This document shows, in pieces, positions 40,609 to 52,051 of a stretch of DNA of 64,000 nucleotides. The translations under genes were made by a program, and so were the position numbers. Each line of letters begins with the position of its first letter. Position 1 is the stretch's first letter. The notes beneath the pieces are model-generated. The model saw only the letters and a list, made by a program, of their open reading frames with translations. It did no database searches and was not told the DNA's origin. Source of the DNA: an uncultured Actinomycetota bacterium (GTDB lineage: Bacteria > Actinomycetota > Actinomycetes > JAHEKZ01); contig CAWHIJ010000003.1 in NCBI GenBank assembly GCA_963829525.1, forward strand, positions 2,208,001 through 2,272,000. Direction: 5' to 3'.

Positions 40609-42125
40609 GGGAGGCCACCTCCGCGCAACACAACCGCCGCGGACACCTCAGCGGCTCCGGGCTGATCGAGGCCACCGAGGTCGGCGATAGTCCACGCGAC
40701 CCGCAGTACGCGGTCAACACCGCGGGCGGTCAGCCGACCACGACCGACTTCATCAAGCACGACAGCTGTTCCCTCTCGGTGTACCCGGTGCGTCGAACGC
40801 AGCGCCGGACCGGGCACCTCAGCGTTGGTGGTCCAGGGCTGTCCTGCGAACCGGCGACCAGCTAGTTCTCGGGCGACGAGCACGCGCTCGCGCACGGCGG
40901 CGCTCGGCTCGCCGCCCCGGCCCTCGACGAGCTCGGCCCTGGTCACCGGAAGCACCGGCACCTGTAGGTCGACCCGGTCGAGAAGCGGGCCACTCAGCCG
41001 GGCTGCATACCGCCGTTTCTGATCCGGAGTACAGACACAGTCCAGCCCGCGGCCACTGCTTCGGCCGCAGGGACAAGGGTTCGCCGCCAGCACCAGCTGG
41101 AAGCGGGCCGGATACGTGACGGTCGCATCGCCACGTGCCAACTCGACCTCACCGCGCTCCATTGGCTGCCGAAGTGTGTCGAGCACGATCCGACTGAACT
41201 CCGGTGCCTCGTCGAGGAAGAGGACGCCGCGGTGCGCGAGGCTAACAGCCCCAGGTCTCGCAACACCGACGCCGCCCCCGACCAGCGCAGCCGCCGACGC
41301 CGTATGGTGCGGTGCCTGATAGGGCGGCCGCACCACCATGGGTCGTTCGGGCCGCAGAGCACCGGCCACCGAGTGGATGGCAGTCACCTCAAGAACCTGT
41401 TGCTCGGTCAGCGGCGGAAGCAGGCTGGGCAGCCTTTCGGCGAGCAGGCTCTTGCCGGCGCCGGGTGCGCCGTGGAGCAGCAAATGGTGACCACCAGCGG
41501 CCGCCACCTCAACGGCCAGACGCGGCGTCGCCTGCCCATTGACGTCTTCGAGGTCGGGACCGTCCGGTGGCACTGCGTCAGGGGAGATCGCCTCGGCCCA
41601 CCGGGGCTCCCGGACGCCACGCAGAACTTCGACGACTTCGGACAGATCCGAAGCAACAGCGACTTCGGCACCAGGCACGACTGCCGCCTCACCGCCGGAC
41701 CACTCGGCCACCATCAGCCGCCGACAGCCTGCGGCCACCGAAGCCAGCACCATGGGGAGAACACCGCGTACTGGCCGGACGGCCCCGTCGAGGCCGAGCT
41801 CGGCGATCAGCACCCACTCCTCGGTAGACCGCTGGGGCACCACCTCGAAGGCGGCCAAGCAGGCACAGGCGAGCGCGAGGTCGAACCCGCTCCCCCGCTT
41901 GCGCACCGAGGCCGGCGACAGGCTGGCCGTCACCTTGCACGACTTCCAGACGGCGCCACTGTTGGTGATCGCCGCCCGCACACGATCGCGAGCATCGCGG
42001 ACGGCCGCGTCTGGCAGCCCCACCAGGGTCAGCCCGGGCACCCCAGGGCTGGCATCGACCTCAACACGCACCAGCGTTCCCACAACACCGGTCAGCGTCA
42101 CCGTGTATGCGCTCGCGGTGCTCAC
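40596..42125 (-). CDS. comM: YifB/ComM Mg-chelatase-like AAA+ ATPase
   Basis: VGLPD, GAPGAGKS, PHHTAS, LFLDEAPEF, ANPCPCG, LSGPLLDR. Confidence 0.9.
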   Translation of the reverse strand: MSTASAYTVTLTGVVGTLVRVEVDASPGVPGLTLVGLPDAAVRDARDRVRAAITNSGAVWKSCKVTASLSPASVRKRGSGFDLALACACLAAFEVVPQRSTEEWVLIAELGLDGAVRPVRGVLPMVLASVAAGCRRLMVAEWSGGEAAVVPGAEVAVASDLSEVVEVLRGVREPRWAEAISPDAVPPDGPDLEDVNGQATPRLAVEVAAAGGHHLLLHGAPGAGKSLLAERLPSLLPPLTEQQVLEVTAIHSVAGALRPERPMVVRPPYQAPHHTASAAALVGGGVGVARPGAVSLAHRGVLFLDEAPEFSRIVLDTLRQPMERGEVELARGDATVTYPARFQLVLAANPCPCGRSSGRGLDCVCTPDQKRRYAARLSGPLLDRVDLQVPVLPVTRAELVEGRGGEPSAAVRERVLVARELAGRRFAGQPWTTNAEVPGPALRSTHRVHREGTAVVLDEVGRGRLTARGVDRVLRVAWTIADLGGLDQPGAAEVSAAVVLRGGGLPWAV

Positions 42126-42478
42126 CCGACCGCCCCGCGAACGTGTTCGATCTCCGGGTCGCCGAAGCCCAGCACAATGCCGACGAGGTCGATACGAATC
42201 TGGAGAGGATGGACGTCGTGCGCGTGAACCCAGCACGCCGCCAACCGCCGAAGCCGGGCAGCCTTCGCCGTTGTCACCGCCTCAAGAGGGCTGCCAAATC
42301 GCCGGCTGCTACGCGTCTTCACCTCGCAGATGATCAAGGTGTCACCGTCCCTGGCAACGATGTCGACCTCGCCAACGTCGCAGCGCCAGTTTCGGTCCAG
42401 GACGATGAGTCCTTGGGCGATCAGGTGAGCCGCAGCCAGCTCTTCCCCGAGTCGGCCCCGTGCGTCTTTCGCACGCAT
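42122..42478 (-). CDS. YraN family nuclease-like protein
   Basis: GRLGEELAA, RNWRC..GEVDIVA, EVKTR. Confidence 0.88.
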   Translation of the reverse strand: MRAKDARGRLGEELAAAHLIAQGLIVLDRNWRCDVGEVDIVARDGDTLIICEVKTRSSRRFGSPLEAVTTAKAARLRRLAACWVHAHDVHPLQIRIDLVGIVLGFGDPEIEHVRGAVG

Positions 42479-42596
42479 GAGCACCACCTCCACCCGAAGG
42501 AGGGTGGTCGGCTGGCTCGACAGAACTCCGGTGTCGCCCCCGGATTGGGGAGAAGTGGGCTACCGCTTCGCTGTGGATGGAGAGGGTGACGCGAGG

Positions 42597-42917
42597 TCAC
42601 GCCGAAGGAAGCGTCCCTGGATCAAACTCCGACGGCACAGTCTCCTCGACGTTGACGTCCTTGAAGGTCAGCACCCGCACCTCACGGATGAAGCGGGTTG
42701 GCCGGTAGAGGTCCCACACCCAAGCGTCATTAAGCCGCACTTCAATGTAGGCATCGGACCCATCGACTGGTCTGACCTGCACGTCGACGGCGTTAGCGAG
42801 GTAGAAGCGGCGATCGGTCTCCACTACGTACCTGAACAGCGAGACCACATCGCGGTACTCCCGGTAGAGGGCGAGCTCGAGCTCGGCCTCGTACCGCTCG
42901 AGATCTTCAGCGCTCAT
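42597..42917 (-). CDS. DUF2469 family protein
   Basis: MSAEDLERYE..ELALYREYRDVV...WVWDLYRP, conserved actinobacterial protein. Confidence 0.88.
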   Translation of the reverse strand: MSAEDLERYEAELELALYREYRDVVSLFRYVVETDRRFYLANAVDVQVRPVDGSDAYIEVRLNDAWVWDLYRPTRFIREVRVLTFKDVNVEETVPSEFDPGTLPSA

Positions 42918-42977
42918 TGGTACGCCTCGCTCCTCACCACGTTCTAGCGGCGATTTGTTCGCGTCGCGCGGGCTCCA

Positions 42978-43352
42978 TCACCCGCCAGGAAGGATGAGAC
43001 AAAAGGGGTGGTCCTCCGGATCGAGGTACACCCGAAAGAGGGTGCCCGGCTGCACCGCGTGCTTGCGGGCGCCCAAGGCCAACACTGCCGCCTCGCCGAC
43101 ATCGAGGTCATCGAGCTCGAAGTCGAGATGCTCTTGCTGAGGGTGCTCTTGGCCTGGCCACTGCGGAGGTTGGTAGTCGTCGACCCGCTGGAACCCCAAC
43201 GTCGCACCGACGTCACTTCTGAGAGCAACCCAGTCACCGTCAGAGGCGCCCTCGTCGATCGGCCAGCCGGTGATCGCCGAGTAGAACTCCGCAAGGGGGC
43301 GCGGCTCCCGGCAGTCGACGGCAGTCCACGCAAGTCGGCCTATTCGATTCAT
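42978..43352 (-). CDS. VOC/glyoxalase family protein
   Basis: DC..P..LAEFY, PPQWP...QQEHLDF, DPEDHPFC. Confidence 0.82.
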   Translation of the reverse strand: MNRIGRLAWTAVDCREPRPLAEFYSAITGWPIDEGASDGDWVALRSDVGATLGFQRVDDYQPPQWPGQEHPQQEHLDFELDDLDVGEAAVLALGARKHAVQPGTLFRVYLDPEDHPFCLILPGG

Positions 43353-43497
43353 GGCAGGCAGTATGGCACCTTCATGGTCGGCGGTTATCAGCGTTTTGGC
43401 GGCACCTGGCTGCAGACCCGGGTCGCGATGGTTTGCGTCTGTCGCAGTAACTCTGGCATGCCGTGGACCACATCGTCGATGCTGCCCGGTTCATGAA

Positions 43498-44208
43498 CTA
43501 GAGGCTCCAGCTTCGGCGGTGATGATCACAGGGACCGTGTACTCGAAGTTGGTCGCGATGGTGGTCGGATGCATAGCCTTTGTTCGTGTCCCACCCGAAG
43601 TGAGGGTGCGCGCCGGCAAGATCGACCATCATCGCGTCCCGCGTGGTTTTGGCCAGGACGCTCGCTGCCGCCACCGACGCACACGTCAGGTCCGCCTTGA
43701 CCTGGGTCACCACAGGCGGGACGGAAAGCACGGGCCAGGGCGGGGATGCCTTCACGTTACTGTCGCCGGCTTCACTGGCCCCGAGCTCCCAGAGCCCCGG
43801 TTCCTCCGTTGGCAACACGGTCCCCTGATGAGTCAGCCAGTCGAAGGACCCGTCGAGCAAAAGGAGGTCCGGCGCAAGTTCAAGGTCGGCCAGCGCCCGC
43901 AGACCAGCCAGCCGGAGTGCGCTGGTCAGTCCCCACTCGTCGATCTCCTCTGGAGCCGCATGCCCGACAGCGCTGGCTCGGACCCATCGGTGGATCACCG
44001 GCACGAGTGCCTCGCGACGAGCGGGAGACAGGAGCTTGCTGTCTGCCAGCCCCGCCGGAACGCGACCAACGTTGGCGTCGATCACCACAACGCCCACAGA
44101 CACCGGACCCGCAAGTGCGCCACGCCCGACCTCGTCGCACCCGGCCAATAGCTGGACACCGCCACGCAATATCGATCTCTCCCGACGCAGCGAAGGGCGG
44201 GTGATCAT
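43498..44208 (-). CDS. rnhB: Ribonuclease HII
   Basis: GCDEVGRGALAGP, DSK, LLDG, AAASVLAK, NKGY, HRRSW. Confidence 0.92.
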   Translation of the reverse strand: MITRPSLRRERSILRGGVQLLAGCDEVGRGALAGPVSVGVVVIDANVGRVPAGLADSKLLSPARREALVPVIHRWVRASAVGHAAPEEIDEWGLTSALRLAGLRALADLELAPDLLLLDGSFDWLTHQGTVLPTEEPGLWELGASEAGDSNVKASPPWPVLSVPPVVTQVKADLTCASVAAASVLAKTTRDAMMVDLAGAHPHFGWDTNKGYASDHHRDQLRVHGPCDHHRRSWSL

Positions 44209-44696
44209 GGCATCACCGCCGGGCCGACCTCGACCGGCGCGCTCGGCGGTCCGTCGCGGAGGAGCAGGTGCAGCTGGTCGGCGATATCCGGCGGGGCTAC
44301 CAGCTCCTCCAACTCCCTCAGTTCAGCGACCGAGAACCAACGGTGCCCGGATAGGTAGCGACGTTCCAGCGGGGTCTGGCGCGAGTCGTCGACTTCGTGA
44401 CTGCCCACCCGAGCGAAGTAGAACACCTCGTCCTGGTCATAGACCACGCCATCGAAGGAGAACTCAAAACGCCTCGTCCAGACAAGGGGACCGGGAACGG
44501 TGAGCTCAAGACCGACCTCCTCGGCCAGCTCGCGGACCGCCGCGTGCTCGGCAGTTTCACCCGGGTCGATCCCACCCCCCGGCGTGTGCCAGACGGCTGG
44601 CCCTGGACGCTGCGGGTCACCGCCACGGAGAAGCAGGACGCGATCGTCGGCGTCAACGAGAACAACGCGCGCCGACGATCGCCGGACGGGGGACAC
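44205..44696 (-). CDS. NUDIX hydrolase
   Basis: PGGGIDPGETAEHAAVRELAEEVG Nudix box. Confidence 0.85.
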   Translation of the reverse strand: MSPVRRSSARVVLVDADDRVLLLRGGDPQRPGPAVWHTPGGGIDPGETAEHAAVRELAEEVGLELTVPGPLVWTRRFEFSFDGVVYDQDEVFYFARVGSHEVDDSRQTPLERRYLSGHRWFSVAELRELEELVAPPDIADQLHLLLRDGPPSAPVEVGPAVMP

Positions 44697-44790
44697 GGCG
44701 CCCAGCCTATCGACCAGAGCCGAGGACAACGGCCGTGCAAGCCGACACCATTCCAAAACCCCTTACCGTCATGCTGCATTGGAGCAAACG

Positions 44791-45483
44791 CTATGAGACA
44801 TCGTCGAAGGCCGAAGGGCGGTCGACCAGTGCCCAATGACCGAAGGGCCAGACGATCGCGACGGTTCGCCCCTGGATGTTGTCCTCCGGGACGAAATGCT
44901 CGAGGCCCTTCTGGCAACGAGAGTCCTCGGAGACCGCTCGATGATCACCCATGACCCACAGATAACCGGCAGGAACCGAAACCTCAAACTCCCCAGAACA
45001 CCCTTGGGGTGCGTCGCTTGGGCTGTTCCCCGGGTACAGGTACTTCTCCTCGACCGGTGTGCCGTTCACCGTGATCTGGCCGTCAGGAGAGCAGCAGGCG
45101 ACTGTGTCGCCCCCGACACCGATGACCCGCTTGACGAGATCCCCCTCGGCAGGATCTGGGGCTAGTCCTACGAACTCCAGAGCTCGCCGAACGGGATTGG
45201 ACTCCGACTGCGCGTCCGGCAGCCAAGTGCCTGGATCACTGAACACGACAACATCACCGCGGTCGACTGTTCCCCAACGTGTGTAGAGCTTGCTGACCAC
45301 AATCCAGTCGTCTTCCTGCAACGTCTGTTCCATGGAGCCGGAGGGGATGAAGAACGCCTGGGCAATGAATGCACGGACGAAGGCCGAAACGACGAGTGCG
45401 ACGACCACGACGAGCAGGAGCTCGACGAACCAGTGCGTCTTCCGTCTGGAGGAGACGCCACTATGGGTGCCGGACTTTGTCAT
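44791..45483 (-). CDS. lepB: Signal peptidase I (copy 2)
   Basis: IPSGSM, LVKRVIG, VMGDHR..SEDSR. Confidence 0.9.
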   Translation of the reverse strand: MTKSGTHSGVSSRRKTHWFVELLLVVVVALVVSAFVRAFIAQAFFIPSGSMEQTLQEDDWIVVSKLYTRWGTVDRGDVVVFSDPGTWLPDAQSESNPVRRALEFVGLAPDPAEGDLVKRVIGVGGDTVACCSPDGQITVNGTPVEEKYLYPGNSPSDAPQGCSGEFEVSVPAGYLWVMGDHRAVSEDSRCQKGLEHFVPEDNIQGRTVAIVWPFGHWALVDRPSAFDDVS

Positions 45484-45594
45484 GTGATCTCCCGAGAAAT
45501 CCGCCGCCGAGGCGCTGACCTCACACTACGGCCCGGGAGCAGAAGGGGCTGGCGCGAATCGCTGTCTGGGTTCTGCCCGAACGCTTACGGCGTG

Positions 45595-46365
45595 CTAGTT
45601 CGAGCTCGACTCCTTGTCGATGGGTTCATCGCTCTGCGCCGCATCGATTGCGTCGTTGTCGATGGTGTCAGGGCGCGTGAGGAGCCCGGCTTCTGAGAAC
45701 GGCCAGATGATGACGAAAGCCCGACCCACGACGCTCTCGACGGGGATCGCGCCACCTCCTGGGTCGCCGATGTGAGCCCGGGAGTCAGAAGATTCTGCGC
45801 GATGGTCTCCCATCACCCACACCCTGTCGGCGGGGACACGCACATCGAAAGGATCGTTGGAGGGCTTGTTCCCCTCGAAGAGGTAGGGCTCTTCGATCGG
45901 TATGCCGTTGACGGTGATCCGGCCCTCTTTGTCGCAGCACTTGACCCGGTCGCCTGGCAACCCGATCACACGCTTGATGTAGTCCTTCTCGGTGGGGCTG
46001 GCGAAGCCGAAGACGCCAGCCACCGACTGCAGAACTCTGGTGACCGGGTTACTGGGCTCGGCAACCTGGATCTCCGGATCCCAGGAGTCGACACCGTTGA
46101 AGACGATGACGTCGCCACGCTGGATGTCGCCCAGGTCGTACGCAAGCTTGTTGACCATCACCCGGTCGCCGACCTGGAGGGTCGTCTCCATCGAACCGGA
46201 GGGGATGTAGAAAGCCTGGATGAGAAACGTCTTGAGCAAGAAAGCCAGACCGAGCGCAATCACGACGAGTATGGGCAGCTCGCGCCAGAAGGATGAAGGG
46301 CGCTTCTGCTTCGGCGTCGCGGACTCAGCCACGTCGACGGAAGGGTTTACCGCGTCCGCCGTCAC
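45595..46365 (-). CDS. lepB: Signal peptidase I (copy 1)
   Basis: [26 protein letters not shown]. Confidence 0.92.
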   Translation of the reverse strand: MTADAVNPSVDVAESATPKQKRPSSFWRELPILVVIALGLAFLLKTFLIQAFYIPSGSMETTLQVGDRVMVNKLAYDLGDIQRGDVIVFNGVDSWDPEIQVAEPSNPVTRVLQSVAGVFGFASPTEKDYIKRVIGLPGDRVKCCDKEGRITVNGIPIEEPYLFEGNKPSNDPFDVRVPADRVWVMGDHRAESSDSRAHIGDPGGGAIPVESVVGRAFVIIWPFSEAGLLTRPDTIDNDAIDAAQSDEPIDKESSSN

Positions 46366-46721
46366 TGGCCGCTGGACGCCTCGCGGCGCTCCTTGATCTT
46401 CGCCGCCTTCCCTCGCAGATCGCGCAGGTAGTAGAGCTTGGCGCGCCGGACGGCACCGCGGGTGAGGACCTCAATCTGTTCGATCACCGGGGAGTGCACC
46501 GGAAAGGTTCGCTCGACACCGACGCCGTAGCTCACCTTGCGGACGGTGAAGGTCTCACGGACGCCACCGCCTGAGCGTCGGATGACGACACCCTGGAAGA
46601 TCTGGACACGACTCTTGTTTCCCTCGATGACCCGGACGTGGACCTTCAGGGTGTCACCGGGGCGGAAGTTGGGGATATCGCTGCGCAGCGACGCTGCGTC
46701 GAGGGAGTCGAGCGTGTGCAT
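46362..46721 (-). CDS. rplS: 50S ribosomal protein L19
   Basis: [39 protein letters not shown]. Confidence 0.97.
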   Translation of the reverse strand: MHTLDSLDAASLRSDIPNFRPGDTLKVHVRVIEGNKSRVQIFQGVVIRRSGGGVRETFTVRKVSYGVGVERTFPVHSPVIEQIEVLTRGAVRRAKLYYLRDLRGKAAKIKERREASSGQ

Positions 46722-46862
46722 TGGGCTCTCCTTCGGCTGCCACAGGTCAACCGAGCGTGGGTCAGCGACGGCGACGAACGCCGTGCGCATCACGGGATGA
46801 ACAGAATGCCTACGGCGCGCGGTGCCCCCTGTGGCAGGAACGACACACGACGAACGGCCTGC

Positions 46863-47670
46863 TTAGTCTGCCACAGGGCCGGGCATCGACCGAAATCGAC
46901 CGTCCGCGACAGTCCAGCCATTCTCGCTGAGTACGTCGAGGTCCCGTGCGTCCAGCTGACCCGGTTCCATGCGCTCGATGAGATCGGGCCGAACACCTGC
47001 CGTTCGTCGGAGCGAAGCATCCCGCCGCCACCGGGCGATAGCACCGTGATGACCCGAGAGCAGAACTTCTGGGACGTCGAGGCCCCGCCACGAAGCCGGC
47101 TTGGTGTACGCCGGCGCCTCGAGCAGTCCGTCGGCATGCGACTCGTCGGTCAGCGAGTCCTCATTCCCCACGACACCGGGCAACAGGCGGCCAACGGCCT
47201 CAATTACTGCCAACGCAGCGACCTCACCACCGTTGAGCACGTAGTCGCCCAGCGAGACCTCGCGAACGCGGAACCGTGAGGCGGCGTCCTCTGCGACCCT
47301 TGCGTCGATGCCCTCGTAGCGGCCGCAGGCAAAGACCAACCAGTTCTCCGCAGCCCATTGCTCAGCCAGCCGTTGGGTGAACGGCTCCCCCGCCGGGCTC
47401 GGGACCACCAGCAGGGGGTCGTCGGCTTCGCGCGAGGCTCTGACATGGTCGAGGGCCGCACCCCAGGGCTCGGCCCGCATCAGCATCCCCGGTCCCCCGC
47501 CGTACGGGGTGTCATCCACCGTGCGGTGCCGGTCGTGGGTGAAGGTCGCGCAGATCATGCACGCTGACCTCGAGCGCGCCGTCGCGGCGCGCCTTACCCA
47601 GCAGCGACAGGTCAAGGACATCGAAGTAGGCAGGGAAGATCGTGACCACGTCGACGTACACGCCGATCAC
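46863..47670 (-). CDS. trmD: tRNA (guanine-N1)-methyltransferase (frameshift(s) near 47550-47590)
   Basis: [11 protein letters not shown] in upstream frame; [37 protein letters not shown]. Confidence 0.92.
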
Positions 47671-48206
47671 CCCACCGTCAGGTCGAGCAGGCCGTCTGGG
47701 AGGTCGACGACGATGCGACCACCGGCGACGTCGACCTCGGGTACGAGTGCCCCGACGAAGGGAATCATGACGCGCCGACCATCGACCCGGGCAACCATGA
47801 GCAGATCTTGAGCGCCATGGACAACGTCGGTGACGCTGCCCAGAGTGGTGCCGCTACGGTCAACGACCCTCAGGCCGACGAGCTGGTGGTCGTAGAACTC
47901 ATCGGGATCGTCGGGGGCCTCATCGGGGTCGACGTCGGTGGACAACAGCACACCTCGCAACGCCTCGACGACGGTGCGGTCGCCGACTTCGGCGAAGTGC
48001 AGAAGCAGCCGACCGCTGTGCCAGCGGAAGTCCTCGACGGTCAGCTGAGGGTGGTCCGCGTGGTCGGTGGACAACACGGTTCCTGGCGCGAAGCGCCGAT
48101 CGGGCTCGTCGGTGCGTGACTCGACGTTCACGTCACCACGGACGCCGTGTGGGCGTCCGATCCGACCCACGACGACCTGCACCGGCTCAGCGCCTCTCGT
48201 GGTCAA
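47667..48206 (-). CDS. rimM: Ribosome maturation factor RimM
   Basis: VGRIGRPHGVRG, EFYDHQLVGL, IPFV. Confidence 0.93.
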   Translation of the reverse strand: MTTRGAEPVQVVVGRIGRPHGVRGDVNVESRTDEPDRRFAPGTVLSTDHADHPQLTVEDFRWHSGRLLLHFAEVGDRTVVEALRGVLLSTDVDPDEAPDDPDEFYDHQLVGLRVVDRSGTTLGSVTDVVHGAQDLLMVARVDGRRVMIPFVGALVPEVDVAGGRIVVDLPDGLLDLTVG

Positions 48207-48221
48207 GAACGATGGGCAACC

Positions 48222-48464
48222 TCAGCGAGATCCCGCGGAGTCCATGAAGTCGACACGGCACCGGCGTCGGGCCAACGCGTCGACAACGGTTCGCACCGAC
48301 GACGCCGTGCGTCCACCGCGGCCGATCACCCTACCGAGGTCGTCGGGGTGAACCCGAACCTCGTAGAGACGGCCGCCGCGGCGCTGCTCGCGCAGCTGCA
48401 CCTGGACATCGTCTGGGTGGTCGACGATGCCCCGGACCAGGTGGTCGAGTGCCTGCTCGATCAT
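48222..48464 (-). CDS. khpA: KH-domain RNA-binding protein
   Basis: LVRGIVDHPDDV, DLGRVIGRGGRTA. Confidence 0.9.
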   Translation of the reverse strand: MIEQALDHLVRGIVDHPDDVQVQLREQRRGGRLYEVRVHPDDLGRVIGRGGRTASSVRTVVDALARRRCRVDFMDSAGSR

Positions 48465-49070
48465 TGGCTCGGTGGGGTCTCGGCGACCGCGTCTGCGGTG
48501 GCGTCAGTCGGGGCATCTGCGGCTGGCGTCAGCAACGACCTCTGCTGCGGGCTCGGCAGCTGGCTCAGCGACGTCAACTGCTGGTGCCTCGGCAACAGGC
48601 TCCGAAGGCGCATCGGCGGCCTTCTCACTGGAAGCTTCAGCCTCTGGGGCTGCCTTCTCGCTGGAGACGTCAGCCTTCGGGGCTGCCTTCTTCTTCGCCT
48701 TGGGGGTGGTGGCTGCCTTCTCATTGAGGCCGGCCGCCTCCTTGGCGGCTGCCTCGAAGACCGCCTTCTTGTCAGCCTTGGGCTCGGCCACGAGCATCGC
48801 AGGCGGAGCCGGCTCGCCCTTGAAGGCCTGCCAGTCGCCGGTGACCCGGAGAATGGCCGCGACAGCCTCGGTCGGCTGGGCGCCAACGCCGAGCCAGTAC
48901 TGGGCGCGCTCGGAGTCGACCTGGATGCGCGAGGGGTTCTCGACCGGGTGGTACTGGCCGATCTCCTCGATGGCCCGGCCATCGCGTGCGGTGCGGGCGT
49001 CAGCGACGACGATGCGGTAGTGCGGTTCGCGCATCTTGCCGATGCGCTTGAGCTTGATCTTGACAGCCAC
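48461..49070 (-). CDS. rpsP: 30S ribosomal protein S16 with long Ala/Glu/Lys-rich tail (probable frameshift near 48525)
   Basis: [30 protein letters not shown]; as-sequenced stop at 48504, alternate-frame tail ends at 48461 overlapping khpA. Confidence 0.93.
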
Positions 49071-49236
49071 GGTTGGGCGAGCTCCTGGTTCTGGTGGGTT
49101 CTGCGCTGACATCTGGCGTGGGGTTGCCCGTGTCATCGCAAAGGGACTCGGCGGTGCAAAGCGGTTGAGAGGGCCGCCTGCCCGTCGGGTTCAACAGGTC
49201 AGTCTGCCAGAGGAGCCGCCGCCTGCCCAAACCGCC

Positions 49237-50788
49237 TCAGCGGCCGAGCAGATCGGTAAAGGCATCCGGCAGCTCGGTCAGGGTGTTGGGCGGCGCATCG
49301 GCTGGGCACCGGCGTCATCTCGGACTGCGCCGTCGGCGGCCTGCTGGGCGCGCTTGGCGGGGTTACCACTGACTCGTCCCTTCTTGCCCTTGGCACCCTT
49401 CTTGCCTTCTTGGGGCGCCCGCCGGCTGGGCCGCCACCCAGGCCGCCCGGAAGCCCTGGCATTCCGGGCATCCCTGGAATCCCGCCGCCCTTGGCCATCT
49501 GGCTCATCATCTTGCGCGCCTCGAGGAAACGGTTGACCAGCTGGTTCACGTCGCTGACCTGGGTGCCCGACCCCGAGGCGATGCGCTGCCTACGCGAGGC
49601 GTTGAGGACTTTGACGTCAGCCCGCTCACCCGGGGTCATCGACTGGATGATCGCCCTGATGCGGTCGAACTCTCGGTCGTCGAGGTTGGCGATCGCCTCC
49701 TTGTGCTCACCCATCCCCGGGAGCATCCCGAGCAGCTTGCCGATCGAGCCCATCTTCTGGACAGCCTGCAGCTGCGCCAGGAAGTCGTCGAGGGTGAAGT
49801 CGGTGCCTGTCGCGAGCTTGGTCGCCATCTGCTCGGCCTGGTCGGCCTCGAAGACCTTCTCGGCCTGCTCGATCAAGGTGAGCAGGTCACCCATGTCGAG
49901 GATCCGTGAGGCCATCCGCTCGGGGTGGAAGACGTCGAAGTCCTCGAGCTTCTCGCCGTTGCTGGCGAACATGATCGGCTTGCCGGTTACCCCGCGCACC
50001 GAGAGCGCGGCGCCACCGCGGGCGTCACCGTCGAGCTTGGTCAGCACGACGCCGTCGAAGCCGACACCGTCCAGGAACGCCTGGGCGGTAGCCAGTGCGT
50101 CCTGGCCGATCATGGCGTCGAGGACGAAGAGCACCTCGTCGGGCTGAACGGCGTCGCGGATCTGCCGCGCCTGCTGCATCATCTCTTCGTCGATACCAAG
50201 TCGTCCGGCTGTGTCGACGACGACGACGTCGTACATCTTCTCGTTGGCGTAACTGATGGCGTCTCGAGAGACGAGCACGGGGTCGCCGACGCCACTGCCT
50301 GGCTCCGGCGCGAAGACCGCGACTTCAGCTCGCTCCCCCACCACCTGCAGCTGCTGTACGGCATTGGGACGCTGCAGGTCCGCTGCGACGAGAAGCGGCT
50401 GGTGGCCCTGACTCTTCAGCCAGAGCGCCAGCTTTCCGGCGAGGGTCGTCTTCCCGGCTCCCTGCAGCCCGGCCAGCATGATCACCGTCGGCGGGGTCTT
50501 GGCGAACCGAATGCGTCGCGTCTCGCCGCCGAGGATTCCGACGAGCTCCTCGTTGACGATCTTGACGATCTGCTGTGCCGGGTTCAGCGCCTGCGAGACC
50601 TCGGCGCCCTTGGCCCGCTCGCGAACAGCAGCAATGAAGTCCTTGACGACCGGAAGAGCGACGTCTGCCTCGAGCAGGGCGACCCTGATCTCGCGCAGCG
50701 TCGCGTCGATATCGGCGTCGGACAGCTTGCCCTTGCCGCGCAGGTTCTTGAACGTGGCGGTCAGGCGGTCCTGGAGCGTGGTGAACAC
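49237..50788 (-). CDS. ffh: Signal recognition particle protein (C-terminal frameshifts)
   Basis: GLQGAGKTT, DTAGR, TKLDGDARGG, SMTPGER; alternate frames give SGNPAKRA and LPDAFTDLLGR* at 49237. Confidence 0.93.
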
Positions 50789-50906
50789 GGGCAACCTTCG
50801 GGTGTGCGGGTGGTCCTACGAGGGTAACGGTTGCGCGTCGTCCCTCATCGCACCCTCATCGCCCAACTGCCGCATTCGGCTCACCAGAGGGGTTCTTGAA
50901 CACCAC

Positions 50907-51248
50907 TCACTCAAGCCAGAACAACTCAGCGAGGGTGGTCAGGCCAAACAGCACCGGAAAGACCAACAGGGGGATCCAGAGCAACGACCAACTCTCATTC
51001 CTCACCTTGGCGACCACGCCGAGTACGAAGGCCAACAGCGCGACCAGCAGCCCACCGAGCAGCGAGATGCCCCCGAGGTAGCCAACGAAATTGTCCTCGA
51101 TGGCCTCGGTGCCTCCGACCGCCAGGGCGATCAAGACGACCGCGTAGGCCAACGAGACGATCACCGCCACCAGTGACCCAAGCCCAACAGCCCATCGGGC
51201 GAGCTTGCTTCTCTCCTGCGGAAGATCGACGACCGGAGTGACTGTCAT
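50907..51248 (-). CDS. Small hypothetical membrane protein (3 TM)
   Basis: GAGGAGG SD; three hydrophobic segments. Confidence 0.6.
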   Translation of the reverse strand: MTVTPVVDLPQERSKLARWAVGLGSLVAVIVSLAYAVVLIALAVGGTEAIEDNFVGYLGGISLLGGLLVALLAFVLGVVAKVRNESWSLLWIPLLVFPVLFGLTTLAELFWLE

Positions 51249-51431
51249 CGAACTCACCTCCTCGGAGTAGCGATTCGCTTGCTCCACTTCAAGGATCCTC
51301 CAGTGGCAGACCCATCACTAGGGCACAAGGCACCACGCCGTTGCAGTGATCCCGTCGCATCGTCGCCGTTGCCAGCGCTCTCACCCGAAGACCGGGCCGC
51401 CTGGGTAGCCGGATCGCTATCGGCGCGGAGG

Positions 51432-51755
51432 CTACCTGCGGCGGCTGATCTCCCGGTCGACGTCGGCGTTGGTGATCGGGCGCCGCCCGAAGACCTCCCA
51501 TGCGTGCAACGCAAGGAGAACGCCCCAACCGGCCATGACCCATCCGGGCCAGAAGTATCCGGCACCGGTGACGAGCCAAACGAAGACGAGGAAGACGTTG
51601 ATTACGACGTACGACACGACGTCCGCAATTATCTTCCGTCGGGCCTCCAGATGCCTGCGCGCCTCGGCGCGCTCGTCAGCGGCCGGGTCTCGGTCGGCAG
51701 GACCTGCGTTGCCGGACGCTGGGCCAGAGTTCAAAAACGGGGTAGGCACTGACAT
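51432..51755 (-). CDS. 2TM domain-containing protein
   Basis: YVVINVFLVFVW...YFWPGWVMAGWGVLLALHAW; AGGAGG SD. Confidence 0.75.
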   Translation of the reverse strand: MSVPTPFLNSGPASGNAGPADRDPAADERAEARRHLEARRKIIADVVSYVVINVFLVFVWLVTGAGYFWPGWVMAGWGVLLALHAWEVFGRRPITNADVDREISRRR

Positions 51756-52051
51756 CTCGCACCTCCTATGCACTGATCCCCTCTTGCTCCCATTGTCCAG
51801 CGGTTCACGGCACGCTGGCAGAGTCAAAAGCCTGTGATCTACTCGGTCAGGCTGGGGCTCCCGAGCCGTCCACCACGTTTCGACGGTACTCGTCGAGAAT
51901 GCTCTTGAACATCCTCTGACGTAGCTGCGGGGCGGGCCCAACGCCTCTTGCCCGAACGGGCTCCTGGGCGGATGCTGCGAATGTCAGCGGCGATTGAGGC
52001 CTTCGGTCTATTTGGCGTCCTGTTGCTGACTCGGGGGATGGGAGGACGATC

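Noticed and set aside
44791-46365. Tandem signal peptidase I genes as a novelty
   Set aside because: Multiple lepB/sip copies after rplS are well known in actinobacteria.
51315-52012. DosR-like boxes before the three small membrane genes
   Set aside because: Matches are too degenerate to distinguish from chance in GC-rich DNA.
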